Positions 27,001-42,000 of a DNA stretch of 64,000 nucleotides are shown here, piece by piece. The position numbers and the translations under genes were made by a program. Each line of letters starts with the position of its first letter. Position 1 is the stretch's first letter. The notes beneath the pieces are model-generated. The model was not told where the DNA came from, searched no databases, and saw only the letters and a list, made by a program, of their open reading frames with translations. Origin of the DNA: Candidatus Omnitrophota bacterium (GTDB taxonomy: Bacteria > Omnitrophota > Gorgyraeia > Zapsychrales > Fredricksoniimonadaceae); assembly GCA_015232565.1 (NCBI GenBank), contig JADFZK010000003.1, positions 64,540-128,539 on the forward strand, given 5' to 3'.

Positions 27001-30000
27001 AACTGGGAAACCAGCGCAACATTGATCGGAGCTTGCGGAGCACCTTTACTATCCATAACTTGCGGAACACCGTTACTGTCCATAACTTGCACCGACTGAT
27101 TCTGCGTATATTCAGGCGTTGCTCCATTCCAGGTAATACTGCCGCTTACCCAGCCCCTTACCATAAGAGGACCTTCCCAGGGGCGCACATTAGCAATAGC
27201 GCCATGCGTTATATAGCTCACCGGCCGCACCAGCGAACCGTCCTCACGCTTGCCGTTGCCATCGAAACGCGCCTTGATCCAGTCGGCCATGCTGGCGAAA
27301 ACACTGTAACCTTCATTTACCAGGCCGTTCTTCATGTCGGCCACCTGGCCGGCTTGCAAAAGCACCTTCCCGTCCCGGTCCATCCTTACGCCGTGGCCAT
27401 TCTCCAGCGCCACCAGAGAAATAAAAGAATAATCCTGACGGTTATTGTCCAAGATGGCTTCGTGATACCCTTCCCCCAAAGCGTGCGTAAAGATCCGGGC
27501 AAAGGAACCCCCGCCGTTCAAGGTTTTGTATTGATTAATGGCTCGTACAACGCTGGCCTTGTTGATGTCCTGAACAAACTTGTCTATAGCCTCCAGATTC
27601 ACTGTGCGGGCCACCACTGCTGTGCTGTGCACACTCTGCACGGAAGCGTCCTTGGCCATTTCTCCCATGATCTGTAACAAAGCACGCTTGGCTTCTTCTT
27701 CATTGCCATTTTTGTATAAATTGGCCAAAAGATCACGCCGGTCCTTGGATAAAGACGGATCGGCATTCTTCTCTTTCAAGCTGGTGACGGTAATGTATTC
27801 ACCCTTGGATCGTGTAACGTTAAACAACTTTTCTTTTTTAGTTTTAGGATTCAAAGAGTCCACGCGCAAAGCCGCCTGGTCATGGCCGAACTTGGGGCGC
27901 AAAGTATAGTCGCGAACAGTTACAAAACCCACGTTCTCAATAGAAACCGCCGCTTCCATAGCAGTCAAAATAATGACCCTTTTGCCCGCTATTGAAACCT
28001 CATTGCCGGACTGATCGATTATTTTACCCTCCCCAAGCAACTTCGCGGTCTTACCCATCCGGGAAGGATCCACCTTGACCGTTATCACATCGCCGCGATT
28101 CAAACCGGCAATATTTTCCCAGGCTTCATTCCGGGCAGGCCCCGAATTACTATTAAGCACAAGCACCTGCGTTTCCTTATCCTTCAGACTGTTGAAGAAA
28201 TCCTTAGCATCAGCGGCTATAGCTTCAGACACGGTCTGTTCCGGCCTAAATTCCGCCTTCCAATTGGTGTGCAGTTCGATCTCCGGCGACGGACCGTGCG
28301 GTTTGGAAAGGATATTTAAAAGTTTGGCCATGTCATTACCCGGCTCGGCAGTACCGGAGTAGCCGATCTTGCCCGGCATCAGGGTGAGCAATTCGGCCGA
28401 AGTTATCTCCCGGTCGTGGCCCTGTGCCACCAATTCCGCAAACCGGGGCAAATTGGTCGCAATGCCTTTCCTGTACACATAATCGTAAACACCCAAGACG
28501 CCGCGCATCTTATGCTTTAAACCATCCTTAGAGCTATAAACCCTGCCGCGCGCCTCCGCACCAAGGTTTTCCAAATACTCATAAATAATCAGCTCTACAT
28601 CGCCCTTCCTGTTGGTCTCGATAACATTATTAACTCGATGGATCTCGTTACGAAAAGACCAGGCGATCTCGTCTAAAAGCGGCGTTAAAACCCCTTCCTC
28701 CACCAATTTCTTGTGCCATTCGGTTTCCCCAAATTTCGCTGTTAACTCCTTCGTGAACTCTTCCTTGAACTTATCCGCGTTTATACCTCCCTCATCTATA
28801 TTGTCAACAATAGGTTTAACTTTTTCTTTGTTATCAGCTACTGTTTTGTCCTTTAACGCCAGGGTTCCAATAGCGTCTATCAAATGCGCCACGTCCTGCT
28901 GGCTCCGCTCTAATCTTTCGCGATATTCCCAGCCCCTTTGACTCAAGAAATCAGCTCCGTCAACGCTATTGCCCTTTATCATCGTTGGATTTAAAAGGAA
29001 ATTATGTTTTTCATCAATAAAAGTCAAAGTCTTGAACCAGGGATTGCTGGGATCCTGGGTGAAGTCCGTGCTGGCCATCACCTCCGACGTCAACTCGGCC
29101 GACTTCTCGCCTTTAAACTGCAAGCCGATCTCTTTAGCCTCGGCAAAAGTCAGCACCATAACCTTGCCCGATTCTCTCCCACCCACTATTTTGCCATCTG
29201 CCACTTCACCACGTGAGAACAAGTCACTGGCATTACAAGCTGTTGCGGCCTGGTTAGGATCGGCCTTTAAAAGGATAAAAGTAACTCCCGAGCCACTTTT
29301 TACTACGTATTTCATTAAAGCATCAAAAACGAACCTTTCCATCGTGGTTTTACCGCCCGCCATAGCCAAGGCCAATAATTGCGCTTCCATAGACCCGAGA
29401 TTGGCGACCGTGTCGATGGCATGGAACGAATAGTTCAAAAGATCGCGCAAATAATCACTTTGCTCCTTTGAGATCGAAGGAGTCTCGCCTTTCTTCGCTT
29501 GAGACTCAAAATACGTCAACAATTCTTTTTGCAGGCCTCGTTGAACCGTGCTCAAGCCGTCAGCGCCATCAATCTGTAGTTGACTATGCAATGCCAACTC
29601 CTGGCCCGCTTTCTGAATATCGGTTTCCACTTTATTCAGAAGAGTATGCCTGTCGAGAATAACGGATCTTTCAAATATCCGCAGTTCTCCGGCGCTTATC
29701 CTGAAATCACCACATATTTTGGTAAACAAGGCCTCCCATGTCCGGGCCTGCTGCTGAGGCGCCCCGGCAACATCGGGCATTTGCTTCTTTAAGAAACCCG
29801 CGGCATCCTCCGGCTTGGAATCTTTGCTCTGGTAAACCTTCAAGGCTTCACTCAGAGCATCCAGGGACTCTCTTAAACCGGTTAGACCACCGTCAATATT
29901 AAGCGCTTCCGCATTAACTTTTCTCAGATTCTGCCGGGCCGCCTGAACCATAGTGGTCAATTCTGCCGTAAGAGCAGGATCTGGTTCACCAGCCGTCTTC

Positions 30001-33000
30001 AGTTTGTCCACTATGGCCTTACGCTGGGTAAACACTTCAGCTATATTGCCATATCCGGCATGAGGGGCGATCTTATGAGCTGCGTTAAAGTTCTCAACCA
30101 GAGTTTGTTCGTTAACCTCGGACGCAGGCTTGTTAAGTTCACTTCTGATTGCATCCATATGCGGCTGAAGCTTGATCGCCTGACGAAGCAGGTCGGCATC
30201 CCGGTCATTCTCCAGTGCCTTTACAGCCAACAATTTACCGGCCTTGTCAAGATGTTCTTGTGCTTTCCGGGACATCTCCGCAGACTCCTCGCCCACGGCG
30301 GTCTTTTGTGCTGGCTCGGAGGTCTTGCCGGCGATCTCTGTTAAAGAAGCCGCCGTAGTATAGGCGATATCTCTTATGGACATCCGATGCTTGGCTATCA
30401 AAAGGCTGATCTCGCCAGTACCCCGTTCCGTCTGCGCCTTAGGCAATACGCTCTCAAGCTCGGCTATTCTTTGCTCCAGGGCCTTTATCCTGGACGCTAC
30501 TGGATCAACCTTACTCACAGCTTCCGGGCCAAGCCGGGTTATATCTGCGCCAGGGACTGCCGAGTTACGAGCGGCAACGCTGAACGGATTACCGCTGTCA
30601 TACACTTTGGTAACAACGATCTCACTGCCCAGCTTAGCCTGTGCCACCAGGATATGGTCCTTAAGCATATCCTTGACTTCGGAACTTATAGCTTCATTAC
30701 CCTCAATTAACCGGTGCATGTCGGCAATACGGGCGGCTAAAGCGGCCTTTTCAGTCGAAACATCCGCCGATTGGTTGGTACCTTTAAACTCCGCCCGTTG
30801 TTCGCGCCCATAACGCTCATGCGTCAGCAGGTTCAACTGGGCAATAGCATTGGCCGCCAAATTAGCATCGGAAGAACGTGCCGCAAACTGGTAACTTTTA
30901 ATAAGCCGGTCGTTAACAGCGTCGGCCAGGTTAAAGTTGCCGTCAGTTGCCGCTTGTGCGGCGATCTTGCGTAAATTTAAATTCTCGCCATACGCAGTAT
31001 CCACCACATAGATCTGCACTTCCGGCCGCTCTGTAAGAGTCTGCAATTCGGCCTGCAATCTACTTATCTCAGAACCAGTACCGTCCGGATTATCCTTCCG
31101 CATACGCTCAATCTCAGATTCGATCTTGCCGATCTTCTTAAGCGTTTCATGAACAGGCTCAACAGCGCTCTCTAGCTGTTGCTTTTGTTGCTCAAGAGCG
31201 GTTCTTTGATTTTGCAAATCCCCTGAAACAGACGCATCTTTTGTAGACTTGATTTGCCGATCAAGAGCGGCGATCGTACTCTCTATGCCCCGCACCACAG
31301 CCTTTACCTGCGCCGCCACCCTCGGATTATCAACCTTCTCCCGCAAGCCCTGGCGCAATAATGCGTCCGGCTTGCCGCCTATCTGTAACGCCTCCACATC
31401 TTTAACTACAACCGAGGCCATTTCGCTGGATATCCTGTTTTCTGCCAGGGCTTTCTCCAGGACACCGGCGACTGCCTTAACCGCTACCTCCACGCTCTGA
31501 GTATTTGGTGACCGTAGCAATACTAATTGCTCCGAAACTTTTTCAATTACATCATTGGCCGCGCTGGCGGCAGAACTTACCGCCCGGTCGCCGGAATTAC
31601 GTAACGGCAACAATTCCAACTTCCGAGCCTGCAGGCGGATCTTTACAAAATCTTCTTTACCCGCATTGTCTGTGGCTGGCTTTACACCGCTGGCTCGCAC
31701 AAAAGCTGTGTCCAGATAAAAATCGCCCTCGGACTTTAATGCAACGGCCTTTTCACGTGCGGCTTTCGCCTTGTCTGTTTCACCGGAAGCTTCCAGAGAA
31801 TTGGCGCGGTCCAGCAAAACCTCGGCTTCAATAAGAATTTTCCGGCCCAGCGCCCTATCCAGCTCCACCGGATCTTTTGAATTTTTCAGCACATATTCCT
31901 GCTCACCCAACCGGGCACTCTGTGCCGCCTGATAAGCTTGATTGGCATTATCTTTAAGCTTGGAAATTTCTGGCGCGCTTGCACCTTTTTCCGCACCAAG
32001 CTGTAATGCTAATTGGGCTTGCTGTAATTCCGCTTCGCGCAGACGACTGACGGCTCTCTGCTCCGCCATGGAGGCAAAGACCTTGGGCGCCGCCACTGCC
32101 GGAGCTGGCGCAACTATTGGCGCCGGTACGGCAGAAGGCAGATGAACAGCGGCCGGCTGAGGCACAGGCGCCGCTGACGCCGCTGGAACCGTAGCCGCGG
32201 CTTCTGCGGCCTGCCGCTGTTCCATGTTTTTGCGAATGCCCTCTATATTCTTTTTCAATCGTAAAATCTGGGCACCCTTGTCATAATGGCCCTTTGTTTT
32301 GGGCTTTAGTTTCCCCAGATCAGTTGTCGCCTGGTTGAGCAATCTCTCAAGATGTGCTAATTCTTGAGCCGGAGAACGCCCCTGTGCGGGCTTTGCTGTG
32401 GCCATCTTGGCAGAGGTGCCATCAGCCTTAGGCTTAACAGTCGGCGTGGAAACCACCGCATCCGCGGGACGAGCCGCCGGAGCCATTTCGGCATCGGAAC
32501 GGGCCTGACCAGCGGCCGGTTCTAATTGCGGAACGCCCGTTTCGGCCCGGCCGGCTTCGCCGGGTTTAGCTACCTCGGACGGCCTGGACGCTCCAGGCAA
32601 AGAAGCTGACGGTTCATGTGCCGCCGCTGGGGCCGCGGCCGGCTCAACCGCCGCAGAGCCCGGCTTGCCGGCACCCGCAACATTAGCCGATTCAGGGGCA
32701 GAAGAAGATTTGGGAGAAAGCTCAACAGAATTTCTAGCCAGCTCCGGAGCAGGAGAAGCCGCCGCTGGGCTGGCTGAAACCGGTGCCGCCGCAGAGGCTG
32801 AGGCCGCGGCCGGCTCAGCCGCTGAAGACCCTGGCTTTCCGGCACCCACGGCATCAGCCGGTCCGGAAGCAGAGCCAGATTTAGGAGCAAGAGCAGACGC
32901 CGTCGGAGCCGCAGCACCCGGCACAGGAGGCAGAACTGCAGGCGCCGCCGCCGGAGCTACAACCGGTGCAGAAGGCGCCGCCGCGGGCGTTCCCGCCGAA

Positions 33001-36000
33001 GCACCCGCCGTTGAAGCAGGCGCCGAAGCCGCGCCGGAACCCGCCGGTTTCGCCGCCGCTGGCGCAATAACGGGCGCCGCAACAGGCGCCGGAACAGGAG
33101 GCATAACTGCAGGCGCCACCACCGGTGCCGCCGCACCCGGCACAGGAGGCGCCGTAGCGCGGCCCGCCAGATTAACAGGCGCTGGGAGCGGGGCTGGAAC
33201 AGCCGCCACTCTGGGCGCCGGCGCCACAGTTGCCGCAGGCGCACCCGCCGCCGGGCCAGCTACAGCCGGAGCGGTGGCCGGCGCAGGCGCCAAAGCCCCT
33301 GCCGGTACCACAGTCTGCAACAAAGACACCAGCTTGGCCTGCTGTTGCAGCTGCCTTTTGAGAGACGGCGATTTACCCATATTCCCGCCCGGCACAAAGA
33401 ACAAGCTTACAAAAGCGCCCTGCTTGGCCAGCTCGGTGCGCTTAACCTTAACCATATCTTCAATAACTTTATTGTCTATGGCCGCATTGCCGCTAAGCAG
33501 TCCGGCCATATCGGCCCGAGCTTCTTTTTCCAAACGAGCCACCATCCCCGGAGCAATATAAGGAAACGCCTTGTACACCAAAGCGTCGTTCAAGGACAAT
33601 ACGCCAATAGTACCCGCCATACCAAAGCCATGATAAATCCCGGAAAGACGCCCGGCGCTCCTGGCCAGCAAGCCGGTGGGCTTGGCCGAGATCGCCGATA
33701 ACGGCATCTGCAACACACCCAGCGTGGGCCCCAGGCTGTAACCGCTTTGCAAGCCGCCCACCACGTCTTCCTTTAACATCTCGCCAAAGCCGGTCCGTTT
33801 CAGGCGGCCTTCTTTGTCGAATTGCGGCAAGCCGCTGCCATCCAGCGCCAGCGGCCGGAAAGTATTAAAAGACTGCACCCCGGCCTCAGCCCAGCTGATG
33901 CGGCTCCCGATCGTATTCTCTACTCCGTAATTCACTATTCTCTGCACCGGCAGGCTTACCAGGCGCCAGGCCGGCATCATAACCGCAAAGTCCAGGGAAG
34001 CGGCGATCGACATCTTTACGCTCATCTGCGGATAAAGGCTCATGTTCAAAAGGTTGGCATCCAGCTGAACCATGTCTGGCCCCACCATTACATTGCGCGA
34101 CCAGGTCTGTAAGACCGGCCGGGTAATAGCCAGAACGCTCAGCAACCCGCCCGCCGTAGCACCATAACCCACATAGCCCAGGCGCTCTTGCCAGGACATG
34201 TTTTTCTGTGGATCGGCATACGAAGCCGCCCACCCGCCAGCCGCGCCAACAGCGGTTCCGCCAGCCAGCCTTTTTACCGCGCCCGACGTTAAAAGATCTT
34301 TAAAATACACACCGGCGGTTATCTGCCGGTTGGCCGCGACTGTGCCGGCAGTCTGGAACGGCGCCGAAGAATACGGTGAGAGCTCAAAAACAGCCTTCAC
34401 CCGGTCTACAAAAACATCCAGCCGCGACGTAGGCGGACCCATGGGTTTAGCCGCCGGCTCACCCCACACCGCCCGTTGTGCCCAGCGCGGCACGATCTTA
34501 ACGCCAGCCGAGGCCAAAAGACCAAAGCCGGCATCAAAAATCATCTGCCGGTTGATTACATTGGTATCGCTGTAATTTCTCTTCCAGGCCTCGTTACCGC
34601 CTTGGGCCAGATACCGGTCGGTCATACCACCGCCCACACTCACCAGCGTATAGCCCGCCGCGTCGTAAAGAGAGCCCCAGGCATTGGTTTTCCAGAAACT
34701 ACCAGGTAAGATATTCTTTACACCACCCACCACCAGGCCGCCCGCCACGCCCACACCGGCATCGACCAGTACTTGCCGGGTCTTGATGTAATCGTTCCAC
34801 ACATCGCGGCCGCTAAACTTGGTAAGCACCGCGCCGCGCAGTACATTCACCGCCATACCGCCAATAGCTTTACCCGCCAGTTCCCGGGCGTAACTGGATT
34901 GTATGCCCGCGAAAGACCGTGATAACTGGGCCCCGCCGCCCAAAGCCAAGCCCGCCAGAGCGCCCCAGCCCCAGCTCTCGGCTCCCTTAATAAAACCGTT
35001 ATCTTCTTTACGATACAATTTCTCGTTCACCACGCTGTCTATGCCCAGCTGGATATTGCCCGCGGAAAGAGCCGAATTAACAAAAGCCTGCCGAGCCGAT
35101 ACCTGGGCGGCATCTTTTACCGCCGCCGGCAACATGCTCCTGGCCAACAAAGTGGTCACCGGGACTATCGCCAATATGGCGGCATCCTGCTTGAGCGTTA
35201 ACAATTCGCCGTTAACCAGCAATGAACCCGCGTTAGACAAAGCCGCCACGCGCACGCCGCTGGCCATGGATTCCAGCGCCCGGGCCGAGAACCCATTGCC
35301 CATCACACCCGGGTTCCGCATACCAAGCACAGCCAAAGGCACGAAAGCGGCGCCGATACCCGCATCTTTGAGGATTTGCCCGCCGGTTACATAATCAAAT
35401 ACGGTTCCGCCTTGCGCCCGGTTGCTGGTAACGCCATAAGCCACATTAGCAGTCGCTCCGCCAGCGGATAAAACCGTTAAGCCCACCGCCCATTTTTGCC
35501 CCTCAGTCAAAACCACAGGAGTAGAGGCTCCCAGCTTGGAAGCGACAAAAGTAAACCCTCGGGAAGTCGCCACGGCATTGCCCAAGCGCGGAACACCACT
35601 GCTAATTGCTGTTGAAGTTCTCGCCGCCAAACCACCGGCACCAAAAACGCCCAACCCCGAGATAGCCTTGGCACCCAGATTAAAAATGCCCATAGCCAGA
35701 ATAGCCGAATTCATTTCATCTTGACCTAAGCCCCTGCCGGTGTTGTACAGGCTATAATTATCCAATGCTACAGTTGAAACGGCCCCGATGGCAGATCCAG
35801 CTCCTGCAACACCCGTCAACCTTCCTCCCAAATACGCGTAGGCACCCTTACCCAAAGTTCCACCCGCATAAAGGAAAAACGAATCCCAACCCTTATTCTC
35901 TGGCCGAACCGACGCGTTCTCAGCATCACTAAAAATGTCCAACACATGACTATAACGCTCGGGTTTATTTTCATCGGTATACAACCGGCTATACCACCCG

Positions 36001-39000
36001 TTATAAACCCAGGTCTTACCCAGATCTCGCATCTCTTTGTTGCCTACATAAGGGATAAGACCACCCGCATACATAGCGGCCCCTATAAAGGGCTTTGTAG
36101 CTCCCCATAACGCTTCACCCGCTTTTCGTGAACCCCAGGACCATGGATTATAGGAAGGGTCATAAGTCTTGTCAGACTTGAAGCTGTTAAAGAATACTCT
36201 GGCCCCATTCGTCTCAAATATCTCCGCCACTCCATTTGTAAGGCCGGTAATATTCTTGTCCAGCTTGCGCATATCAAGCAAAATGTTCTGATAATAATCC
36301 TTTTGCGCATCGGTCAAATTGCCGGCGTTGATCTCACCTTGCAATGTAGCGCCAAAATCTTTCATTTCCTGTTGTCTTTGCTTTTCATTCTTGGTCAAAG
36401 CATCTTTCAGTTCGGAAGACCGCTTGTCCAAATTACGCTTAAGATCTATGGCCGGGATCTGGTTTTCTTCACCATTACCGGCAATAACTATAGATTTTCC
36501 GGTCTGTTCGGCCAGGTCCCTCTTCTGACGCTCAATACTTTCCAGCTCGGCCACAATAGCATCGGCCTCGGCCTTCATTTTTTGCCCCGCCGCCCAGAAT
36601 TGCACAGATAGGGGAGCCGCCTTAAGCACCTCGGCGATAACCTTCCTTTGTATATCGTCTTCGTTAACCCACAGTTCTTTCCCGTGGTCCGGCACCGTTA
36701 ATTTGTCTTCCAGTTTGGGGATCACCGCATTATCCATCAACTCCGGCAAACTATTCTCAAGCATGAACTGATCGAGCTCACGCAGTTTGGCGGCATAATT
36801 GTCCTGGGCTTCCTTAAACAACTTCTTCTCTTTGGCATCGTTAACCACAAGCCCGAACCAGTCGAAAGTATTCATTTTCTTATGAAATTCAAAACGACCG
36901 ATATAGAACATGTCTCTGGCGTAAGACGTCTGCTCCTTCAGCGCCGAAAACTGCGCCTGTTTCTCGGGAGTCATAACCGGAATCGGTAAATCCAACTTGG
37001 GCGCCGCATCTCGTATAGCGGTCTTGACGATCCTGGCGCCGTCATAATTACGGTAATCAACTATAGCCTGGCCATTCTCATCGAAAAAGATCGATTTCTG
37101 GCCCGACCCCAAAACCGCCGTCACCAGGTTTACCGGCTGAACACCATCGGCAGTCAGGCCGCGTTCACGCTGATACGTCACCTGTTCTATACCCTTACCG
37201 CCCAAACCAATAACCGCTACCTTGCGCAGATCACCATGGGCGGCGCCGCTAAAGTTGTAAAAATCATAAGAATCCACCATCAATCTCTGTTTACCGGTGC
37301 CCCATAAGGCGCCATCCGAATACACATTGTTCACAGTTAAATATCGGCGTGCTATTTCGGCGCCCTGCGCCTCTTCCCGGGTTTGCGGAGCCGACTTAAA
37401 TTTACTCTTGGCCTCCAGCCCTTCACTGGCAAAAAGCGGCAAAACAGCCTTACCGTAAACCCCCACCGTTATAACCGGCGAACCGTTCTCAATACGAGCG
37501 CTGGCCGGTGTAAAATTCTGCCCGCCATCCACCGATAAGCCATTAACCTGGAATTGATCCCAAACCGCGCCCACCACCCAACGCCCTTTTTCATCCTTCA
37601 CATAATCGCCGTACTGAGAGATCTCTTGCCCGGCCTTCATGTTAAATACCACCTTCTTATCCACCAATCCTCTTCCACTAGTTAATACCGGCGTAACCAT
37701 TGCTATGAGCGCATCGTCCAGAATGGCTGAAGTTGTAACAACCGCCGCATAGTCCAATTCGGAACTGCCATTCTCCTTAAAACGCACCTGATCGCTGTCT
37801 ACCCCAAAAGCATAACGCGACGCCTGCACAACCTTGCCATTCTTGTCCACACCCACCTGAAACACCAGGTTAGGCGTGTCATCTATACGGGTAATGTTAA
37901 AATCCCTGAAATCTCCGGAGAGCGTAGCCTGCGCAACATTAAGATTAGGCAAAGAAAAATCGGCTTTCTGCATACCATCCAAAGAAGCTATCCCGGCGTT
38001 TGTAGTCAGCAAACCTTCCCGTGCACGCACCGGGATCTTTAAAGCATTCAAGCCAGCCGTCGATTTCTCCTCATTCTTTTTTTCCAGCGGCTGTTTTATA
38101 ACCTCCAGCGACGTCTGCGGAAGAAGCGCAGGATTACTTCCACCAACAAGAATAGACGGATTACCAAATTCATCCAAACCAGCTCCAACACTGGCCTCAA
38201 CATCATTCAACAGCAAAGACTTAACATCAAAAGACTGCCACTTCTTTCCGCCATTGGTCACCCAAAAGTCTACTCCGCGCAATTCAGCTTTACCTTTAAG
38301 GATTTCCTTGTCGTCAACCGCGTACTTCAGGAACGACGCATCCGTGTTAATATTGGACCACCCCGACCGTAAACCCGGCGTGACCACAAAACCGTTCTGG
38401 TTGATCTCGGCCGTTTTCCCGTCCAGACTGCCCTTTTCGTTATTTACGGCTATGACCTTACCGGTAACTGCGAACTCGCCATTTTCCTGAACCTGGCCCT
38501 GCACGCTGGAAACAAAATCCTTAAAATTGAGGCCGCTGAAAGAATGGTATACTCCAGAGAACATGGGCGCAAAAGAAACCGACTGTTCCTGCAGGCTTTG
38601 CGGGCTGGTAACATTATCAAAATTTAGAACTGCGATCTTGGCGCTGTCAAACCAGCCTACCCGAGAGGCGTAGATCAAAGGCAAGACTTCGCTCGTTAAA
38701 AAACCGGATCCTGGCGGACGCAAGCCGCCATTACTATTATCCCCGGCCGCCTCCGGACTGCCCGTCTTGTTATCCGCATTGCTCTCCGGCGGTTTCTGCA
38801 TTATCTGCGAAGTGTAGAAAAATCTTTCCTGGCCATCCGCGCTGGCCTGAGCATAAAGATCGGTAAAATTCTCCGTCCGTCCGTAAAATACCGCGCTATC
38901 AACTAACTTCCCCTTGGCGTCGAAAACTTTACCGTCCCCTTTTATGCGCTGTGTAATGGGCGTAAACCTTTCATCCAGGCTCCAGGTGCCGTGTTCCCCG

Positions 39001-42000
39001 GTAAGACCCTCGGTGCCGCTTAAGGTCCAGCCCCGGGGCTTGCCTTCCGGTTCCGCGGTCTCGTTAACAGTCACCGCATGGCCGCTTTTTGTGCCATCCG
39101 GCAACACCATTACCATGCTCTTGGTGCCCGCCGTTAAAGAGTTCCAAAAAGTTTCCTGCCGCTCCACTGTACTTAACGGGAACAAAGCCCCGTTCTGCCC
39201 TATCTCCAGGCCGCCGCCCCAGAACGTATTGTTGGCACCGTATAAAGATATCGGCGATCCTTCGGTTATGGTCGGCCCGAAATAAGCCTTGGCACCGGGA
39301 TTAAAATTGATATCCTGCAAAGCGCCTTTCTGGAACGCAAACTCCAAAGAGCCGAAAGCCTGGCCAAAAGCGGTTTCACCCGGAATTTTGTCCAGGTTGA
39401 ATATTGCCTGGGTATTTATCGGCTTGGAGGCCGTGCCACCCTCAGATTTGCCTGGCAAAGCCAGCAATCCGAAGCCAACACCACCCAGCACCAGGGTATT
39501 GCCTTCCCCGCGAGCGCGGTCCAAATAAACCCTATGCTCCGGAGAATCCAGGTCCTCCCTATATGTAGTATAGGTACCGTTAACAGTCGTGCCATCCACA
39601 TTGCCCAAGGGCGGCACATACCGGAACTCGCCGTTTTTGTCTACTAACAAATGATTAACTATGAAATCCTCCACTATGACCTTGCTGGCGTCCGCAGGAT
39701 TCTGCATTAAATTACGACGTTCCAACGTACTGAACACTTCGGCAGGTTGCCAGTTGCCATTCTCCTGTTGGTCCGCCATTATGCCGGAGGCATTACCCAT
39801 TCTGTCTCCGGTAAGTATAAAGCGGGTAACCGGCAGGTCAGACTTGCCGTCGGCGCTATAATCGGGAGTAGTAAAGACCATCTCGTCATCTTGCCAGGCT
39901 GAATCCCGACTGTATACTCCTTTACCGTCACTAAAGTTAAGTTCCGGCAGGAAAGCATTGTTGCCCGCCTGTATCCATACCGGCTGGCTGGCGTACAATA
40001 TGGCGCCCGTCCGGTTATCCAAAGCCACCGGAGCATCGCCTTCCAGACGGTAATGAAAATTACCGTATTGCTCGTTAACCCGGGTGATCTGACCGTAAGC
40101 ATTGATCACCGGAGTTAGCCCGGCCTCAAAGCGCGAAACGAATTGCGGGCCGTTAGGATCCGGCGGCGAAGAAAGCGCTTTACCGAGCTCGTTCCAAACA
40201 GCATTTTCGCTAATATCCGTAGAATTATCCGCCACACCAAAGCGCCAGCCGGAACCAATAAAATTCGGCAAACCAAATGCGTCTATAAAAGATGCCTCGG
40301 GCCGGGTCCAGACAGTGTGTGTAGGCGATACCTGGTCCTGATATTTCCCCTCGATCTCAACCGACGTCATTTCCTTGGCCTGGCCAAAGAAAGGCACATT
40401 GGTAACCAGTTTACCGTTCTCGTCCCGGGTTTCCCAGTTTTGGCCATTCCAATCAAAAGCCGCGCCCTTTGGCGCTTGGGCATAACCCGGTGTCCGGACA
40501 ATTCTCTTTATACCATCCAGCTCATCCTCAAACACTTGTTTATCAGGGTCAAAGGTCAGCTCCGTGGCGGCAGTGCCTTTAATCCATGAAACCCGGCCAT
40601 TACTGTCGACCTCTTTACCGCCCTTGATCAAATACATGCTTTCAATAAAACCATTGATCAGCTCAAAATTACCCGGAACTTTAACCGCGTCCTCCGTTGC
40701 CAGCCTTTTATCGCCCACCGACCACGACTCGGGAGTTTTAGGCATCAGGGTGTTGCCGGTTAAAAGCGCCCGGCCTTTATCGCCCTCCAATGCAAAACCC
40801 ACCAGGTACGGAAACGCCCCGCCGTTAGGTAAATTTATCGGCCGGCCAAAAGTGCCTCTATTGCTGACGTCTTTGCTGGGAGGGCCCGGCAACTCATTAG
40901 TAGTTATAATATTGCCGTGGCTTAAATAACCCTCGGTGGTTATCGAGAACGGCTGGATACGATCGATCACCGGCTTATCGCTTTGCGATTTGTCGGGATC
41001 AATATTATCCAGCCCCACCACAATGCCGGCTTTATTCTCTGCCGAGAAATCGGCCGACCAGCGCGGCTGGCTCGGGAATACATTTATGCCTGCGGCATCG
41101 GTTTGAGCCTGAAAATATTTGCCGCTCTTGACCACCAGGCTGGCACGTCCTTCCGGGTCTACCCCGATATATGAATGCGGCTTATCACCACCGGTAACAA
41201 TATCCAGCCCGTACACCATGGCCGCCCCGGTCAAAGCCGCCGAACCATATCCGTTCCCACCCTGAACAAACGTGGGAGAATATTTCACGCTCACTCCCTC
41301 ATTAAAGAGCGGCATATAAAAAAATGTATCGGTGGGAGCTTCGTCCTTGAATAGAGTCCGGGTGTCGCCAACCGTTTCACTGTTGAGGTCTTTACCCTTC
41401 TTGCCCAGGATATTCACCTGCGATTGCTGTCCGGCAAAACTGGAGCCGCGGCTTGCGTCCCGCAACCAGCCCGCCAGCTCCGCAAAATCACTCCCCATGT
41501 AACTGTTATAATTACCGGAAGCTTGGTCGCCAAAGAAGTCCGCACCGAAAATTGTAGCAAAACCGGTAAGGCCGAAAGCTTTAAGGTCATAAAGACGACG
41601 CCCTTCACGAACTATGTTCAGTGAACGCCCCGCCCCGCTGGCCAAAGACAGGTCGAAGGTGGATTTACTGCCAGTCAGCACAAAATTCCGAATGAACGCT
41701 TTTTGGGTGTCGCCCAGCTTGCTAAGGTCGGTAAGCCCCTTGGCTTCAAGATCCAGGGTCATGGGCCCGCCGGCCAGGTTCCTGCGGGCGCTGACTTCCA
41801 ACTTGTTATCTCCGACCACGCGAAAATCATCGGTAGTAAGGTCCAAAAGGTTGCGGCCCGCTCTTTTTTCCCGGTACACATTGCCGAAATCCATACCGTC
41901 CAGCGAACCGCGGAAAGTGCTAGTGCCCTGGTAAAAGAAAAGCCTCCCGTAAGAGCCATCTTTTACCGAAGACTCATACGTATAAGGCTCGTCTTTTTCC

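Noticed and set aside
27033-27086. 27-bp tandem duplication ([18 protein letters not shown])
   Set aside because: Real, but only two copies in a loop and no functional inference is possible.
30800-30840. LLTHERYG (and GHEIV at ~18320) as extra zinc-protease motifs
   Set aside because: There is no second His, so the HExxH pattern is not met.
32665-33561. 298-aa Ala/Gly-rich plus-strand ORF
   Set aside because: It is the antisense reading of the Pro/Ala linker; GC-rich low-complexity sequence lacks stops.
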